DNA of 35,923 nucleotides from an uncultured Roseivirgaceae bacterium (GTDB lineage Bacteria; Bacteroidota; Bacteroidia; Cytophagales; Cyclobacteriaceae): NCBI GenBank assembly GCA_964423255.1, contig CAYREN010000005.1, positions 1 to 35,923 of the forward strand, read 5' to 3'. Shown piece by piece: positions 33,102 to 35,923 of this stretch (position 1 is its first letter; each line of letters starts with the position of its first letter). The notes under the pieces were generated by a model. It saw only the letters and a program-made list of their open reading frames with translations, ran no database searches and was not told where the DNA came from. The position numbers and the translations under genes were made by a program.

Positions 33102-34934
33102 ATGAAAAAGATAATAATAAATTCAAAAAATCTGATAACAGCACTCATGGTAGTAGCTGCAATATTTGGCTGCAAGGAAGAATTTTTAGACCCTAAGCCA
33201 CTTTCCTTTTATACACCAGACAATGCCCTGAACGATGCAGATGGTATGTTGGCTTTACTTTCTGGAGCACACAGAAGGATGCGAGCTGAATGGTATGGTG
33301 ATGGCGCACCCATCATTACGGAAAACATTTTTTCGGAAGTTGCCATAGAAGGTACTACCGATAAATCCGGACCGGCACAGGACCTCAACTTACTGATTGT
33401 GCCCGATGCAAACCTAAACAGCGGCAATACCAATAGGATTGGTTGGTTCTGGCGCGAATGGTATAAAAATATCAAATTGGCCAATACGGTAGTTACCCGG
33501 ATAGATGATGCTGAATATGAGTCGGAAGAGGAGAGAAATGCTGTGTTGGGTACTGCCTATTTTCACAGGGCATATGCCTACTACCGATTGACACAACAGT
33601 TTGGTGATGTTCCACTTCTTCTGGAAGAGCTCACAACTCCTAAACTTGACTTTGTATCAACAGCAAGGATCACAATTTTGGAAAAAATGCAGGATGATTT
33701 AAACATAGCTGAAACCTGGGTGCCAGAGGCAGTAGCAGGTGGTGAAATCAGTAGGGGTGCGGTGTTGCACCTTTTAACCAAAATAAATCTTGCTCTAACA
33801 GATTTTGATGCGGCGATAATTTCTGCAGGAAAAGTCATCGATGGTGGAAATTATGCACTTATGACAGAAAGATTTGGTGTAGATAAGGATGACCTAACAA
33901 AAAATGTAATTTGGGATTTACACCGACCGCCTAATAAAATAGCAAACAGTGAAGGAATTCTAATGAGTGTGTCACGTCTTGAGTTTGAAGGTAATGGTAG
34001 TGCCAGTAAAACAAGTGCTATGCGTCAGGCTGTCCCACTTTGGTGGAGATTTATTAATACACCTGATGGATTTAATGGTATGTCGGATAATCCAAATGCT
34101 GAAATTCCACATGTTCTTTCATATGGTAGAGGGATAGGTAGAAACCGTGGCGTACCATACAGCACGCAAGATGTCTGGAAGGATGACAACGACTTAAGGC
34201 ATGCTCCAGGTAACTGGGTGGATATGGAAGACATAACCTACAACGCCGCTTCGCTTAAAGACAATGGTAGCACGTACTACAACAAGAACTTGGAGCTTAA
34301 AAATGCAGATGGTGTGGTACTTTGCTCAGACACTATTCGAAACTGGTATGGCTGGCCTCAGTACAAACTGTTCATTCCTGATCCAACAGCATCCAAGCCT
34401 TCCGGGGGTCATTCGGATTGGTATATTTTCCGGTTGGCAGAAACTTATTTGCTACGAGCAGAAGCATATTTTTGGAAAGGAGATCTTGGTAATGCTGCTA
34501 TGGATATCAACACAATTCGCAACCGAGCCGGAGCGGCAGATTTTGTTGCAGGAGATGTTACCATTGCAACCATCCTGGATGAGCGAGTAAGGGAATTGTA
34601 CTATGAAGAGCCCAGGAATACTGAACTTACAAGAATAGCTCTCATTTTTGCCATGACAGGAAAAGCAGCGTATAATGGAAAGACATATAGTATGGATGGT
34701 TTTCATCTGGATAATTTCTGGTACGACAGAATTATAGAAACTACTAATTTCTATAACAAAGGTGTATTCACCATTCATGGGGATGAATATACAATGAGCC
34801 CATATCATTCTTTATATCCAGTTCCTTCAGCTGCAATCAATGGAAATACCCAGGGAACTATCAATCAGAATTTGGGTTATCCCGGATCAGAGAATAATAT
34901 ACCTCCAGCTACAACGCTACCCGAGGGATCTTAA
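33102..34934 (+). CDS. SusD/RagB family nutrient-binding outer membrane lipoprotein
   Basis: 610-aa ORF lying 23 nt after susC. Lipobox AIFGC is followed by KEEFLDPKP. TPR-like SusD blocks are present (RAYAYYRLTQQFGDVP, RLAETYLLRAEAYFW, INTIRNRAG, ERVRELYYEE). Confidence 0.9.
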   Translation: MKKIIINSKNLITALMVVAAIFGCKEEFLDPKPLSFYTPDNALNDADGMLALLSGAHRRMRAEWYGDGAPIITENIFSEVAIEGTTDKSGPAQDLNLLIVPDANLNSGNTNRIGWFWREWYKNIKLANTVVTRIDDAEYESEEERNAVLGTAYFHRAYAYYRLTQQFGDVPLLLEELTTPKLDFVSTARITILEKMQDDLNIAETWVPEAVAGGEISRGAVLHLLTKINLALTDFDAAIISAGKVIDGGNYALMTERFGVDKDDLTKNVIWDLHRPPNKIANSEGILMSVSRLEFEGNGSASKTSAMRQAVPLWWRFINTPDGFNGMSDNPNAEIPHVLSYGRGIGRNRGVPYSTQDVWKDDNDLRHAPGNWVDMEDITYNAASLKDNGSTYYNKNLELKNADGVVLCSDTIRNWYGWPQYKLFIPDPTASKPSGGHSDWYIFRLAETYLLRAEAYFWKGDLGNAAMDINTIRNRAGAADFVAGDVTIATILDERVRELYYEEPRNTELTRIALIFAMTGKAAYNGKTYSMDGFHLDNFWYDRIIETTNFYNKGVFTIHGDEYTMSPYHSLYPVPSAAINGNTQGTINQNLGYPGSENNIPPATTLPEGS

Positions 34935-34959
34935 TTGAAAGATATAATAAAATTTATTG

Positions 34960-34992
34960 CGAGGCACCAATATTGGTGCCTCGTTTTTTTTT
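34960..34992 (+). terminator. Rho-independent terminator after susD
   Basis: Perfect palindrome CGAGGCACCAATATTGGTGCCTCG (34960-34983) followed by T9 (34984-34992). Confidence 0.85.
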
Positions 34993-35149
34993 AAATCCCT
35001 GAAAGTTTAAAATTAATTTAGAAATAGTTCTTCTGAGCTATTTTTATTCCTATTAAAATTGAAAATGATAATTACTTTTTTGAAACCAACCTGTTTCTCC
35101 ATCAAAGTTATGCATAGCTATAATTACCATTTTAATGATTTAATTGATT

Positions 35150-35923
35150 ATGAGATTCGCTGATTTAAAAGATAAAGTTGTCTTTGTTACGGGAGGATAT
35201 GGTGTTATTGGGAGCTCTTTGGCAGAAATCTAAAGTCGTGCCAAAATGAAAGTAGTATTGACATACAGAAACAATACTTCAGCAATTGATAAAGCAGAAG
35301 CTTTGAAGAAAATATGGAAAGCAAGCTATGGCTATCAAAGTGGATGTAAATGACAATTTAAGCATTAAAAATGCCATGGATAAAGTCCTTGAAAATTGGG
35401 GAAGAATTGATGTATTGGTAAATGCTGCAGGGGGACATGTGCCTGGTGCAGTAATCCCATCCGATAAATCTGTTTTTGAAACTTCTCTAGAGGATATAAA
35501 GAAAGTAATGGGCCTTAAATTATTTGGAACAGTGTTATCAACAATGATGATTGGTAAAATAATGGCTGATCAAGGATTTGGGAGTATCATTAACATATCT
35601 TCCTTGGCGTCCTCACAATCCATTACCAGAGTATTGGGATACAGTATGGCTAAAGCTGCTATTGATTATTTACTAAATTGATGGCAATGGAAATGGCAAT
35701 TAAATTCAGTAGTGAAATTAGGGTAAATGCTATTGCGCCAGGTTTTTTTATCAGTAAACAAAATAAAGATATACTCATTAAAGAAAATAGTGATTATACA
35801 AAAAGGGCTAAGAAAATACTTGATAAAACTCCTATGGGTAGATTTGGAAATCCAAAGGAACTTAATGGAATAGTACAATATTTATCAGTAGCGCTTCAAA
35901 ATTTGTAACAGGAACAATAATTC
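35150..35923 (+). pseudogene. SDR family oxidoreductase (UxuB/mannonate-oxidoreductase-like), disrupted; runs off window
   Basis: Starts MRFADLKDKVVFVTGGYGVIGSSLAEI, then an in-frame TAA at 35231-35233. Homology then continues through three reading-frame changes. These lie near 35305-35320 (...EALKK / YGKQAMAIKVDVND), 35666-35672 (YSMAKAAIDY / FTKLMAMEMA) and 35885-35890 (QYLS / SASKFVTGTII). TGxxxGxG, NAAG and YxxxK are all recognisable. Confidence 0.7.

Noticed and set aside
35150-35923. Programmed ribosomal frameshifting or stop-codon readthrough as an explanation for the broken SDR.
   Set aside because: Four independent lesions (one TAA and three shifts in different directions) have no slippery-heptamer or stimulatory-structure context. 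An SDR has no known recoding biology. Decay or local assembly error is far more parsimonious.

Overview
Low-GC, gene-dense chromosomal segment that looks like Bacteroidota: a SusC/SusD pair, TAnnTTTG -7 boxes and lipoproteins with acidic residues after the lipobox Cys. I saw no rRNA, tRNA, CRISPR array, transposase or integrase.

Layout:
(1) 1-7.5 kb, minus strand: a co-oriented 2-oxoacid:ferredoxin oxidoreductase cluster. It runs nifJ-type PFOR, then a DHOD-like FMN TIM-barrel protein lacking the DHOD catalytic motif, then korA, then korB (cut by the window edge).
(2) 7.8-10.9 kb, minus strand: a tight operon of orphan ACP, GT-B glycosyltransferase, protein-kinase-like-fold protein and riboflavin synthase.
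(3) 11.4-15.8 kb: an unknown lipoprotein, a secreted ThuA-domain protein, queA and a menC-like gene.
(4) 15.8-20.7 kb: a visibly AT-rich block of exported proteins of unknown function. It holds a DUF4136-like lipoprotein with an Asn/Tyr-rich insert and a 165-bp MITE-like element with perfect 18-bp terminal inverted repeats. It also holds a 559-aa lipoprotein whose C-terminus looks like an aerolysin/ETX-MTX2 beta-pore-forming module, which is my top novelty candidate. A beta-lactamase-fold lipoprotein with all catalytic motifs substituted is translationally coupled to a small outer-membrane beta-barrel. A ~400-bp hairpin-repeat-filled spacer closes the block.
(5) 20.7-35 kb: a LacI-controlled, glycoside-hydrolase-poor PUL-like locus. 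It contains GH97, an M81/MlrC-like peptidase, a PmoA(DUF6807) / TAT-exported Gfo-Idh-MocA / PmoA(DUF6807) operon, lacI and susC-susD. Two CAATCGATTG-core palindromes sit exactly 20 nt upstream of TAnnTTTG -7 boxes.
(6) Right edge: an SDR (UxuB-like) gene carrying one in-frame stop and three frameshifts.

All functional calls come from reading motifs in the translations. No database search was possible.
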